Notes under the pieces: model-generated | Seen by the model: only the letters and a program-made list of their open reading frames with translations | Told to the model about the DNA's origin: nothing | The model's database searches: none | Translations under genes and position numbers: made by a program | Part shown: positions 28,891 through 37,174 of the stretch, piece after piece | Layout: each line of letters starts with the position of its first letter | How positions within the stretch are numbered: the stretch's first letter is position 1 | Source: Desulfobacteraceae bacterium | GTDB taxonomy: Bacteria; Desulfobacterota; Desulfobacteria; Desulfobacterales; Desulfosalsimonadaceae | Assembly (NCBI GenBank): GCA_011389935.1 | Contig: JAABTJ010000010.1 | Location: 929-64,928 of the forward strand | Direction: 5' to 3' | DNA length: 64,000 bases

Positions 28891-30657
28891 ATGAAAAAAC
28901 TCTATGGCAATACCGGCGGGTTAAAAGCCACCCAGATTCGCCGGATCGAAAACCTGCATCATCACCGCATTCCTCCAGAATCGGTGATTTCAAACCAGCT
29001 GGCAATAGAAATTTGTGCGTTGACCCGCGAGATTCGAAGACAGATCGGACTGCTGGTCGACCGCTCCGGGAAACTTGTAACGGTCATTGTCGGCGACCAC
29101 CAGAAAATCAACATCCCCGATACAAGCGACTACAAAACCCCACCGGGCAGGCTTAAAGGCATCCGTTGCGTCCACACCCATGTCAGGGAAGAGGGGTTGA
29201 CCAAAGACGACTTGACAGACCTCTCCCTTCTCCATCTCGATTTGATGGCGGCAATAACGGTGACCCAGGACGGGAAGCCCGGCGTGATGCACATCGCCCA
29301 TATTCTGCCGCAACCCGCAAAAAACGGGGACCGTCATCGCCTGCTGGCACCTGTACCCCTTGCCGAACCGGATTCGGATGCAGGGGGGGATGCGGACATC
29401 GACTGTCTTTCGCTGGTAAAGGCGATAGAGGACGAACTTTCCCTCTACCAGGGGGTGCGCCGGGTTGACACTGGAAAAGAAAGGGCCATACTGGTCAGCG
29501 TAAGCACGCAGCCCAGGCACCGCGCCCTGGCATCCATGGAAGAGCTTGCGGAACTGGCCCGCTCATGCGATATTGAGGTCATCGACACCGTTTTGCAGTC
29601 ACGAAAAAAAATCAACCCGCGCTTTGCCCTGGGCACGGGAAAGCTCGAAGAGCTGACGGTTCATGCCATGCAGCAGGGGGCGAGCCTCATTATATTCGAC
29701 CAGGAGCTGAATCCGTCGCAGATCAAGGAGATCACCGATCTCATCGAATTCAAGGTCATTGACCGCACCCAGCTCATCCTCGATATTTTCGCCCAGCGCG
29801 CCAAGAGCCGGGACGGGAAAATCCAGGTGGAACTGGCGCAGTTGAAATACATGCTGCCGCGCCTGGCCACAAAAAATACGGCCATGTCCCGTCTGACCGG
29901 CGGCATCGGCGGACGCGGTCCCGGTGAGACAAAACTGGAAATCAACCGGCGGCGCGTCCGGGACAAGATCACGCGGCTTGAAAAATCTCTGGTGAATATC
30001 AAAAAACATCGCGGCCGGCAGAAAGCCAGGCGAACCCGCAGCAATCTTCCCGTGATTTCCATAATCGGGTATACCAATGCGGGCAAATCCACGCTGCTCA
30101 ACACCCTGACAAACAGTGAGGTGCTGGCGGAGAGCCGACTGTTTGCAACGCTCGATCCGTCGAGCCGGCGGCTGCGTTTCCCCCGGGATACCGACGTGAT
30201 CATCACTGATACCGTGGGCTTCATAAAAGATCTGCCCAGGGAGCTGAAGGTCGCCTTCCGCGCCACGCTGGAAGAGCTGGAAAGCGCGGATATCCTCCTG
30301 CACGTTATCGATATGGACAATCCGGCCTATGAAGCCCAAATGGAATCCGTAGAATCCATTCTCGAGGAATTGGGCATAGAAGACATTCCGGTAATCCGCG
30401 TGCTAAACAAAGCGGACAGGCTGGACAACGCATTCGTGGCGCAGGTAGTCCGACAGACCGGCGGCATCGCCATCTGCGCCAGAGACAGCAAAAGCCTGCA
30501 TCCTTTGATTGACAAAATGGAAACAATGGTTAATGCTATTGTCAACAATAATAATATCCTGGTGGACAGGTCGGCCGGGGATACGGACGGCATCCCCGTA
30601 CCCTTCCCCGTGACGGAAAACGGAAACGGCGCCGCAGCGAACGGGTATGACGATTGA
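28891..30657 (+). CDS. hflX: GTPase HflX (long form with N- and C-terminal extensions)
   Basis: 588 aa. G1 GYTNAGKSTL, G3 DTVGF, G4 NKAD. HflX N-domain sequence LAQLKYMLPRL. Confidence 0.9.
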   Translation: MKKLYGNTGGLKATQIRRIENLHHHRIPPESVISNQLAIEICALTREIRRQIGLLVDRSGKLVTVIVGDHQKINIPDTSDYKTPPGRLKGIRCVHTHVREEGLTKDDLTDLSLLHLDLMAAITVTQDGKPGVMHIAHILPQPAKNGDRHRLLAPVPLAEPDSDAGGDADIDCLSLVKAIEDELSLYQGVRRVDTGKERAILVSVSTQPRHRALASMEELAELARSCDIEVIDTVLQSRKKINPRFALGTGKLEELTVHAMQQGASLIIFDQELNPSQIKEITDLIEFKVIDRTQLILDIFAQRAKSRDGKIQVELAQLKYMLPRLATKNTAMSRLTGGIGGRGPGETKLEINRRRVRDKITRLEKSLVNIKKHRGRQKARRTRSNLPVISIIGYTNAGKSTLLNTLTNSEVLAESRLFATLDPSSRRLRFPRDTDVIITDTVGFIKDLPRELKVAFRATLEELESADILLHVIDMDNPAYEAQMESVESILEELGIEDIPVIRVLNKADRLDNAFVAQVVRQTGGIAICARDSKSLHPLIDKMETMVNAIVNNNNILVDRSAGDTDGIPVPFPVTENGNGAAANGYDD

Positions 30658-31432
30658 TCTGGAACATGTAAAAAATGTAGGCATCGGTGCGGCATACGGC
30701 AGCGCCGAGATTCTGAGAAATCATTTCGGCGGGCTCACGACGATTCAAAAAAAAGGGCCTGAAGACTTGGTCACCGCTGCGGATATTGAATCCGAACGGC
30801 ACATCGTGGATGCGATCCGGGCCAGATTTCCGGATCATGATATTTACGCCGAGGAAAGCCGTGAAAAGCACCATATGGACTCGGATTTCAAGTGGATCAT
30901 CGACCCACTGGACGGAACCACGAATTATGCCCACCAGGTGCCGATTTTTTCCGTTTCCATCGCATTTTCCGTTTCCGGCGAAATCCGGGTGGGAATCGTT
31001 CTGCAGCCCATGACCGGTGAGCTCTTTGTTGCCGTAAAAAACAAGGGGGCATGGCTGAATGGCCGCCCCATTTCGGTTTCCGAAGGCCAGAGACTCTCGG
31101 AGGCGCTTCTTGTGACCGGGTTCCCGTATGATGTCAAAACGAACAGCCGCCCCTACATGGCCCGTTTTGAAAAAATGCTGAACGCGGCCCGGGGCATCCG
31201 GCGTCTGGGCTCTGCCGCGGTTGATCTTTGCTACGTGGCCTGCGGGCGCTTCGAGGGCTTCTGGGAAGAGCACCTGCAGCCGTGGGATACGGCGGCGGGC
31301 GTCCTGATCGCGGAAGAAGCCGGCGCGAAAATAACCGATTTCTCGGGGGATGCATATACAATCGACAAACCGGAAATACTTGCGACAAATCATCATGTTC
31401 ATGACGAAATGCGCACGATATTGAACGAATAA
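30647..31432 (+). CDS. suhB: Inositol monophosphatase family protein (SuhB-like)
   Basis: 261 aa. The WIIDPLDGTTNY and WDTAAG motifs are diagnostic of the IMPase family. Overlaps hflX by 11 nt. Confidence 0.88.
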   Translation: MTIDLEHVKNVGIGAAYGSAEILRNHFGGLTTIQKKGPEDLVTAADIESERHIVDAIRARFPDHDIYAEESREKHHMDSDFKWIIDPLDGTTNYAHQVPIFSVSIAFSVSGEIRVGIVLQPMTGELFVAVKNKGAWLNGRPISVSEGQRLSEALLVTGFPYDVKTNSRPYMARFEKMLNAARGIRRLGSAAVDLCYVACGRFEGFWEEHLQPWDTAAGVLIAEEAGAKITDFSGDAYTIDKPEILATNHHVHDEMRTILNE

Positions 31433-31442
31433 AAGGAGTACT

Positions 31443-31637
31443 ATGGAACAATTGTTTACGGAAGGTGAATATACCGATACGGTGGACTGCTACGGGAGAT
31501 TTGATTTCAGTGCGACGCTCTGCCGAAAATTCTGCGCGGTACGACTCCGGTGTGCCGTGGAGCAGTCCGAACAGCTGAAAATCGAACAACTGGAAGACAT
31601 GATCGGGGCGTACGAAATTTCACAAAAAATTCAGTGA
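31443..31637 (+). CDS. Small Cys-containing hypothetical protein
   Basis: 64-aa ORF. AAGGAG RBS 6 nt before the ATG, 10 nt after the suhB stop. Four Cys residues. No family recognised. Confidence 0.45.
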   Translation: MEQLFTEGEYTDTVDCYGRFDFSATLCRKFCAVRLRCAVEQSEQLKIEQLEDMIGAYEISQKIQ

Positions 31638-31664
31638 GCAAAAAGCGCTCCGGTTGCAGAAAAA

Positions 31665-31687
31665 AGGGCGATCATAAGGATCGCCCT
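31665..31687. terminator. Hairpin between convergent genes; terminator-like for the minus-strand glcD-like gene
   Basis: AGGGCGATC-ATAAG-GATCGCCCT. The flanking AAAAA on the plus strand gives a T-tract when read on the minus strand. Confidence 0.45.
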
Positions 31688-31694
31688 CCCCCAT

Positions 31695-33074
31695 TTATAA
31701 AAGCATCTTTCCCGGGTTCAATATACCGGCCGGATCGAAAGCGCGTTTGATCCGCTTCATCAAGGCAAGCACATCGTCTGAAATTTCCTTTTTCATGTAA
31801 GGCGCCTTTGCAATGCCCACTCCATGCTCCCCGGACATGGTGCCGCCCAGCGCCAGCGTATAATCGAACACCGCATCTACCGCTTCAAGCGCCAGGCTTG
31901 TCTGCCGGGCGTCGTCCTTGTCGAACATCACATTAAAATGGATGTTGCCGTCTCCGGCATGGCCGAAGCTGAGCATGGTCAGTCCCGTTTTTTCAGCCAG
32001 AGATCTTATTTTCGCCACCATGTCCGGTATCCGGTTTCTCGGCACAACGATATCCTCATTCAACTTGCCCGTGCCGTAGCGCCGCAATGCAGGCGATATG
32101 GCTTTCCGGGCTTTCCACATACGCGCGGCTTCTTCCCTGGTCTCCGCCACCTGGATACGCCCCCGGCATTCCCCTTCAAGGACCGAAACGATCCTGTCGA
32201 GCAGCAGACGGGTTTCGCTTTCGTTTCCATCCACCTCTATCAGCAGAATGGCCTCTGCATCCACCGGCAGTCCGGCATCAAGAAGGTTCTCCACGCACCG
32301 GATCGCCGTATTATCCATGTATTCAATGGCTCTCGGGATAATCCCCCTGCGGATAATTTCCGCAACGGCTTCAGCGGCCGTCTCCATCCTGTCATAAACG
32401 GCCAGCATGGTTCTCGATGTTTCCGGAAGCGGCAGCAGGCGCAGCGTCATCTCGGTGATCACCCCGAGGGTACCCTCTGAGCCCACGATCAGCCGGGCAA
32501 GATCATATCCCACAACGCCTTTTGTGGTCTGAACGCCAACACGCACGATTTCGCCTGTGGGCAGAACCACTTCCATACCGAGAACGTAATCCCGGGTCAC
32601 ACCGTACTTGAGCGCCCTGACGCCGCCGGCGCATTCCGCAAGGTTGCCGCCCAGGGTCGAAAAATCGGCGCTCGACGGGTCCGGCGGATAAAAAAGGCCT
32701 TTGCTCTCAACGGCCCTTTGAAAGACGCCGGTGACCACGCCCGGCTGGGCGACCGCTACCAGGTTGTCCGTATCGATCGTCAGAATCCGGTCAAACCGGG
32801 TCATCACCATTGCAATACCGCCCGCCACCGGGAGCGAACCGCCGCTCATGCCGGATCCGGCGCCCCTTGGCGTCACGTAAAATCCGTGCGTATTGGCAAG
32901 CTGTAAAATGGCGGATACGTCTTGCGCATCTTTCGGAAAAACGACTGCTTCGGGAGGATAGAAGCGGCGGGTGGCATCGTAGGCGTAGCATACCTGATCC
33001 TCGGCCGAACGGGTGCAATACTCCTTGCCCACGATGTTGCACAGCTGGTGGAAAACTTTCGGAGAAAGTCCCAT
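31695..33074 (-). CDS. FAD-linked oxidase (GlcD / D-lactate dehydrogenase family)
   Basis: 459 aa. FAD-binding PCMH-type N-domain (VTPRGAGSGMSGGSLP) and C-terminal motif SGEHGVGIAK...DPAGILNPGK. Confidence 0.88.
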   Translation of the reverse strand: MGLSPKVFHQLCNIVGKEYCTRSAEDQVCYAYDATRRFYPPEAVVFPKDAQDVSAILQLANTHGFYVTPRGAGSGMSGGSLPVAGGIAMVMTRFDRILTIDTDNLVAVAQPGVVTGVFQRAVESKGLFYPPDPSSADFSTLGGNLAECAGGVRALKYGVTRDYVLGMEVVLPTGEIVRVGVQTTKGVVGYDLARLIVGSEGTLGVITEMTLRLLPLPETSRTMLAVYDRMETAAEAVAEIIRRGIIPRAIEYMDNTAIRCVENLLDAGLPVDAEAILLIEVDGNESETRLLLDRIVSVLEGECRGRIQVAETREEAARMWKARKAISPALRRYGTGKLNEDIVVPRNRIPDMVAKIRSLAEKTGLTMLSFGHAGDGNIHFNVMFDKDDARQTSLALEAVDAVFDYTLALGGTMSGEHGVGIAKAPYMKKEISDDVLALMKRIKRAFDPAGILNPGKMLL

Positions 33075-33076
33075 TT

Positions 33077-34450
33077 CTAGAACTGCCCGGATTCGAGTTT
33101 TTTCTCGATGATCCCGATCTGTTGGTACACCTCTCCTTTGAGCTTCATTTCCCGTTCCACGCTATTGATGGCGTGAATCACCGTACCATGCATCCGGTTG
33201 AATTTTTTTCCGATCTGCGCAAGAGAGTGGCTCGTGTGTCTTCGGGAAAGAAAAATGGCGACTTGCCTTGGCCTCACAAAGGATTGCTTCCGGGAGCGGG
33301 ACACCACATCCTTGATGGAAACGCCATACTCGCGCCCCACAAGCCGGGTGATGGCATCGATGGTAATGCTCCTGCGCTGGGCGACAATGTTCCGGACGAC
33401 ATCTTCGGCAAGTGTCAGGTCAATGGGGACACCCATCAGGCAGGATCTGGATATTACGCTGACAAGCCCGCTTTCAATCTGGCGAACATTGTCCGAGAGC
33501 TCGCTGGCCATATATTCGGCAACATTCGTCGGAACCTCCACCCCCCTTTCGGCGGCTTTCCGGCGCAGAATCTTGAAGCGTGTGGCATAGTCCGGCGTCT
33601 CTATAACGGTCAGCATGCTCTGGGAAAGGCGCGACACCAGGTGATCGCTCATTTTGGGAATCTCGGAGGGCGCATAGCAGCTTGAGAATATAAGCTTCTT
33701 GCCGGATTCCAGCAGATAGTCGAGGGTCAGGGCCAGCTCGGTCTGGGTCCGGGTGCGCCCGGACAGCAAGTGCACCTCTTCAAGAAGCAGCACGTCGCAA
33801 TTTTCACGATACCGGCGCTTGAAGTTTTCAATGGTGTTGTTGCGAAGGCTGTGAACCATGTCATTGGTAAAATCCTCCGCGCTCATATAGTACACCCTTT
33901 CCCTGGGGTGGGAGGAAAGAATCTTATGCCCGACGGCCTGCGACAGATGGCTTTTGCCCATACCCGACTTGGAAAGGAGAAACAGGGCGCTGGGCTCGGA
34001 CATTTTCTTCGATGCAAGGGAGAAAGCCGCCCGGTATGCCAAGTCGCTGTTTTTACCGACGACGAAGTGCTTGAACGTATAGTCCCTTCGAAACCGGCGT
34101 CCGTTTACAGGCTGGACCTGTACATTCGGCAGCAGCAGCTGGGAGGATTCGGAATGCTCTTTGTCCGTCGCCGAATCCTTTGCATTGCCATTGCCATTGC
34201 CATTGCCGTTTCCATTAATTTTGAAGCAGAACGTCAACGCCTTTCCCGCCGCACGGCTGAGTTCATTATTGATCAGCGATTCGTAGTTGGCCTGGATCCG
34301 TTTTTTAATGAAAAAATTCGGGCAGGACAAAACAACCTGCCGGCCGTCACCGGCTTCCAGGAAATCAAGTGGCTCGATCCACAAACGATAGATATTTGAT
34401 GGAATCTGTTCTTTAATTGCATTTTTCGCTTTTCTCCACAAGGTTTCCAT
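33077..34450 (-). CDS. dnaA: Chromosomal replication initiator DnaA
   Basis: Start placed at METLWRKAK (ATG at 34450). Walker A LLSKSGMGKSHL. C-terminal HTH region ...RPRQVAIFLSRRHTSHSLAQIGKKFNRMHGTVIHAI. Confidence 0.93.
   Translation of the reverse strand: METLWRKAKNAIKEQIPSNIYRLWIEPLDFLEAGDGRQVVLSCPNFFIKKRIQANYESLINNELSRAAGKALTFCFKINGNGNGNGNGNAKDSATDKEHSESSQLLLPNVQVQPVNGRRFRRDYTFKHFVVGKNSDLAYRAAFSLASKKMSEPSALFLLSKSGMGKSHLSQAVGHKILSSHPRERVYYMSAEDFTNDMVHSLRNNTIENFKRRYRENCDVLLLEEVHLLSGRTRTQTELALTLDYLLESGKKLIFSSCYAPSEIPKMSDHLVSRLSQSMLTVIETPDYATRFKILRRKAAERGVEVPTNVAEYMASELSDNVRQIESGLVSVISRSCLMGVPIDLTLAEDVVRNIVAQRRSITIDAITRLVGREYGVSIKDVVSRSRKQSFVRPRQVAIFLSRRHTSHSLAQIGKKFNRMHGTVIHAINSVEREMKLKGEVYQQIGIIEKKLESGQF
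34181..34219 (-). repeat. Hexanucleotide microsatellite (ATTGCC x4 perfect, plus degenerate flanks) encoding (NG)5 in the DnaA linker
   Basis: Plus strand: tgcATTGCCATTGCCATTGCCATTGCCgtttccattaat. Minus-strand translation: INGNGNGNGNGNA. Confidence 0.9.
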
Positions 34451-35232
34451 GAAACAATCTCCATTTTCGTAAAACCGGATGAACAACAAACAAAAATAAA
34501 TATGGATTATCTGCAAGTAACCTGCTTGCGAAAAACCGAATCATATGATTGCGTATGTGCAACCTGTTCAGGTAAAAAATCGGAAGGATCTTTGATTCAA
34601 CGCCATTTTCTTGAAAGGAATGAAATATGCTCGCGTCCCTCAAAAGTGACTATTTAAATAATCCGAATTGCGCATCGGGTCAAATCAGGTACGCATCGGT
34701 TTGGACCGGTTTGGGAGATCACCTGACCTTTTTATGAACACTGTTATATCTAATGGAATACAAATGCGATTTGAACACCGGTAGTATAACTATTGGACAA
34801 ATCAGACAGATGGGACTGCCACAGATTTGTAACATTTCCGGGACGATTTTTTATTTCCGGGGCGTTCCGGATACACCGTATAAAAAATCCCTTCCTTCTA
34901 TTTCCTTTAATTTTCATTTTTTTTTCACCGCAAACAGGATATTTCAGCGAAAATAGGGGAAAAATTTTTAGCCCCATTATGTAGTAGTACAAAATATATG
35001 ATGCGTATATATTGTACCCTAAAGGGGGGCGTTCCCCAATGGCGGGGCGTTTGCCGGATGCATTATCGATTGCATTGATTTGCCTTGCCATGGTAAACAG
35101 TCTCCATCCGGGGCCGGTCGGGCATATCGACACCTTGCAAATGGGCGCGGAATAAAAACAAATATAAATATCGGTCCGGATATGCGCCCGGCCGCAAGGC
35201 GAAACAAATTACACAATTGGGGAATCCATATT
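34451..35232. other. 782-nt AT-rich non-coding region upstream of dnaA; weak oriC candidate
   Basis: The only long AT-rich gap in the window, adjacent to dnaA. However, I could not find convincing TTATCCACA-type DnaA boxes (best is TTATGAACA at 34732), and the flanking gene orientation does not fit an origin here. Confidence 0.25.
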
Positions 35233-36408
35233 ATGGCCAGGGTAGAGACCGGCCTTGAAAACCTGATCGCATCGCCGCCGCCATGGCTGGAGAACAAGCG
35301 CCTGGGGCTTCTGTGCAACCCGGCATCCGTGGACGGCCGGCTTTCCCATGCCAAAGACCTTGTACATGAAAAATTCGGCTCCCGGCTCAAGGCGCTGTTT
35401 TCCCCCCAGCATGGCCTTTATGCGGAAAAACAGGACAATATGATCGAATCCGATGATTTTTACGATCCGGTGCTGAAAATTCCGGTTTTCAGCCTCTACG
35501 GAAAAACACGCCGCCCCACGGCCGAAATGATGGATTTGATCGACGTGCTGATTGTGGATTTACTCGACGTGGGGACACGGGTATACACCTTTCTGACCAC
35601 CCTTTCCTATTGTCTCGAAGAGGCGGGGAAAACCGGGAAAACCGTGCTGGTACTTGATCGGCCAAACCCCACAGGGGGGGCGCAGGTGGAGGGAAACTGC
35701 CTCAGGCCGCCATACACCTCCTTTGTGGGGCGCTATCCCGTGCCGATGCGCCACGGCTTGACGATCGGCGAGTATGCCGGCTGGATCAACAGCCGCTTTC
35801 CTATTGGATGCGATCTGAAAGTCATTCCCATGAAAGGCTGGCGCAGGCAAATGTATTACAGGGATACTGGACTCTTCTGGGTTGCGCCGTCACCCAACCT
35901 GCCGACACCGGAGTCGGCCGTGGTGTATCCCGGGCAGGTCATATGGGAGGGGACCAATGTATCCGAAGGGAGGGGAACCACGCAGCCCTTCGAGCTTTTT
36001 GGCGCCCCCTTTATTGACATTGACCGGATCCTCTCATTTATGGGCGGAAGCCGTCTTCCGGGATGCGTCCTGCGGCCGGCGGTCTTTGAGCCCACCGCCA
36101 ACAAGTGGAAAGGCACCACATGCCGGGGATTCCAACTCCACGTAACCGATCCATACGTATACCAGCCGTATGAAACCTCGCTCAAACTGCTCTCGGGGAT
36201 CCTGTTTCACCACAAAGACCGGTTTGAATGGAAGGCCCCGCCATACGAGTACGAGCTCGAAACGCTCCCCATTGACCTGATCATCGGCGACAATCAAATC
36301 CGCCAGGCAATCGAGGCCGGAGAGGACGTCTGCCATATATTGGCACACTGCCGGCCGGACCTGGAGGGATTTGTGGAATCCACCCGCCCCTTCCGGCTTT
36401 ATGAATAA
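35233..36408 (+). CDS. DUF1343 family protein (NamZ-like exo-beta-N-acetylmuramidase)
   Basis: Start at MARVETGLENL (ATG at 35233). LGLLCNPASV...LFSPQHG...PVFSLYG matches the DUF1343 family. Confidence 0.8.
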   Translation: MARVETGLENLIASPPPWLENKRLGLLCNPASVDGRLSHAKDLVHEKFGSRLKALFSPQHGLYAEKQDNMIESDDFYDPVLKIPVFSLYGKTRRPTAEMMDLIDVLIVDLLDVGTRVYTFLTTLSYCLEEAGKTGKTVLVLDRPNPTGGAQVEGNCLRPPYTSFVGRYPVPMRHGLTIGEYAGWINSRFPIGCDLKVIPMKGWRRQMYYRDTGLFWVAPSPNLPTPESAVVYPGQVIWEGTNVSEGRGTTQPFELFGAPFIDIDRILSFMGGSRLPGCVLRPAVFEPTANKWKGTTCRGFQLHVTDPYVYQPYETSLKLLSGILFHHKDRFEWKAPPYEYELETLPIDLIIGDNQIRQAIEAGEDVCHILAHCRPDLEGFVESTRPFRLYE

Positions 36409-36425
36409 AGGGGTTTACAAATAAA

Positions 36426-36455
36426 AAGCCCTCCAGGAAAAATCCTGCAGGGCTT
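36426..36455 (-). terminator. Intrinsic terminator for the 95-aa membrane protein gene (convergent with the NamZ-like gene)
   Basis: AAGCCCTCCAGGA-AAAA-TCCTGCAGGGCTT (13-bp stem, one mismatch). Read on the minus strand it is followed by TTTTAT. Confidence 0.5.
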
Positions 36456-36494
36456 ACCATCCCGGGAAAATTGTCAAAAAATCCTGAGATTGAT

Positions 36495-36782
36495 TTATTT
36501 CTGTGCCTTGAGGGACTCCAGTTCTTTTTTAAGGGCCTCATTTTCTTTTTTCAACTGGCTCGTGTCTTCCGCGCCACCGCCGGCAACAGCAGGTTCAACC
36601 GGGGTTTCTTTCTGCCAGGTGTCTTTCAGTTCATCAAATCCCAGGTACAGGGCAAGGCAACCGCCAAGGAGCAGCATAACAGGAATGGCCCCGGCCAAAA
36701 GCGTCAGAAATTCTTTAAACCAAACCGCCAGACCAATCACACCGATTACGGCTGCTACTGCACCGCCAACTAAAGTCTTCAT
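36495..36782 (-). CDS. Small membrane protein with two TM segments and a C-terminal coiled-coil tail
   Basis: 95 aa. Strong RBS (AAAGGAGG, 8 nt before the ATG). Hydrophobic N-terminal 50 aa, then QLKKENEALKKELESLKAQK. Competing plus-strand ORFs lack an RBS. Confidence 0.65.
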   Translation of the reverse strand: MKTLVGGAVAAVIGVIGLAVWFKEFLTLLAGAIPVMLLLGGCLALYLGFDELKDTWQKETPVEPAVAGGGAEDTSQLKKENEALKKELESLKAQK

Positions 36783-37174
36783 AAAGCCACGTCCTCCTTT
36801 AAATTAAATATTCATGCGTATGCGCTATAATTCGAGGCTCCCAAGGGGGTGGGGTACGTACTTGTTAAATATGCAGTTTCATTTACCACAACCATGAACG
36901 TAAAGCAAGGAAAAATCGAAGATTGCCGGCAAGGTTGCCGCTTGCAATTTCTCCTGCCCGTTGCTATTGTAACCCGCGTTGGCAGAGATTATAATTGTTT
37001 CTGATCAGGGGGCCATGTTCAAATGCCGCGCGCTGCCGGAAATATTGGCTGCTTTTGCGGGCACGGCAAAGCAACCCTCCCCCCGATCCTGTTGGCAGGC
37101 AGACAGATGAAGCAACGGGAACGCCTGGTGTGTTTCATCGCCATGGCCGTTACCGTACACAAAACACCCATACA

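Noticed and set aside
34750-35390. Small ORFs (60-127 aa) on both strands upstream of dnaA
   Set aside because: They are mutually overlapping ORFs in AT-rich non-coding DNA, with no RBS or motifs. The NamZ-like gene start was trimmed to the ATG at 35233 for the same reason.
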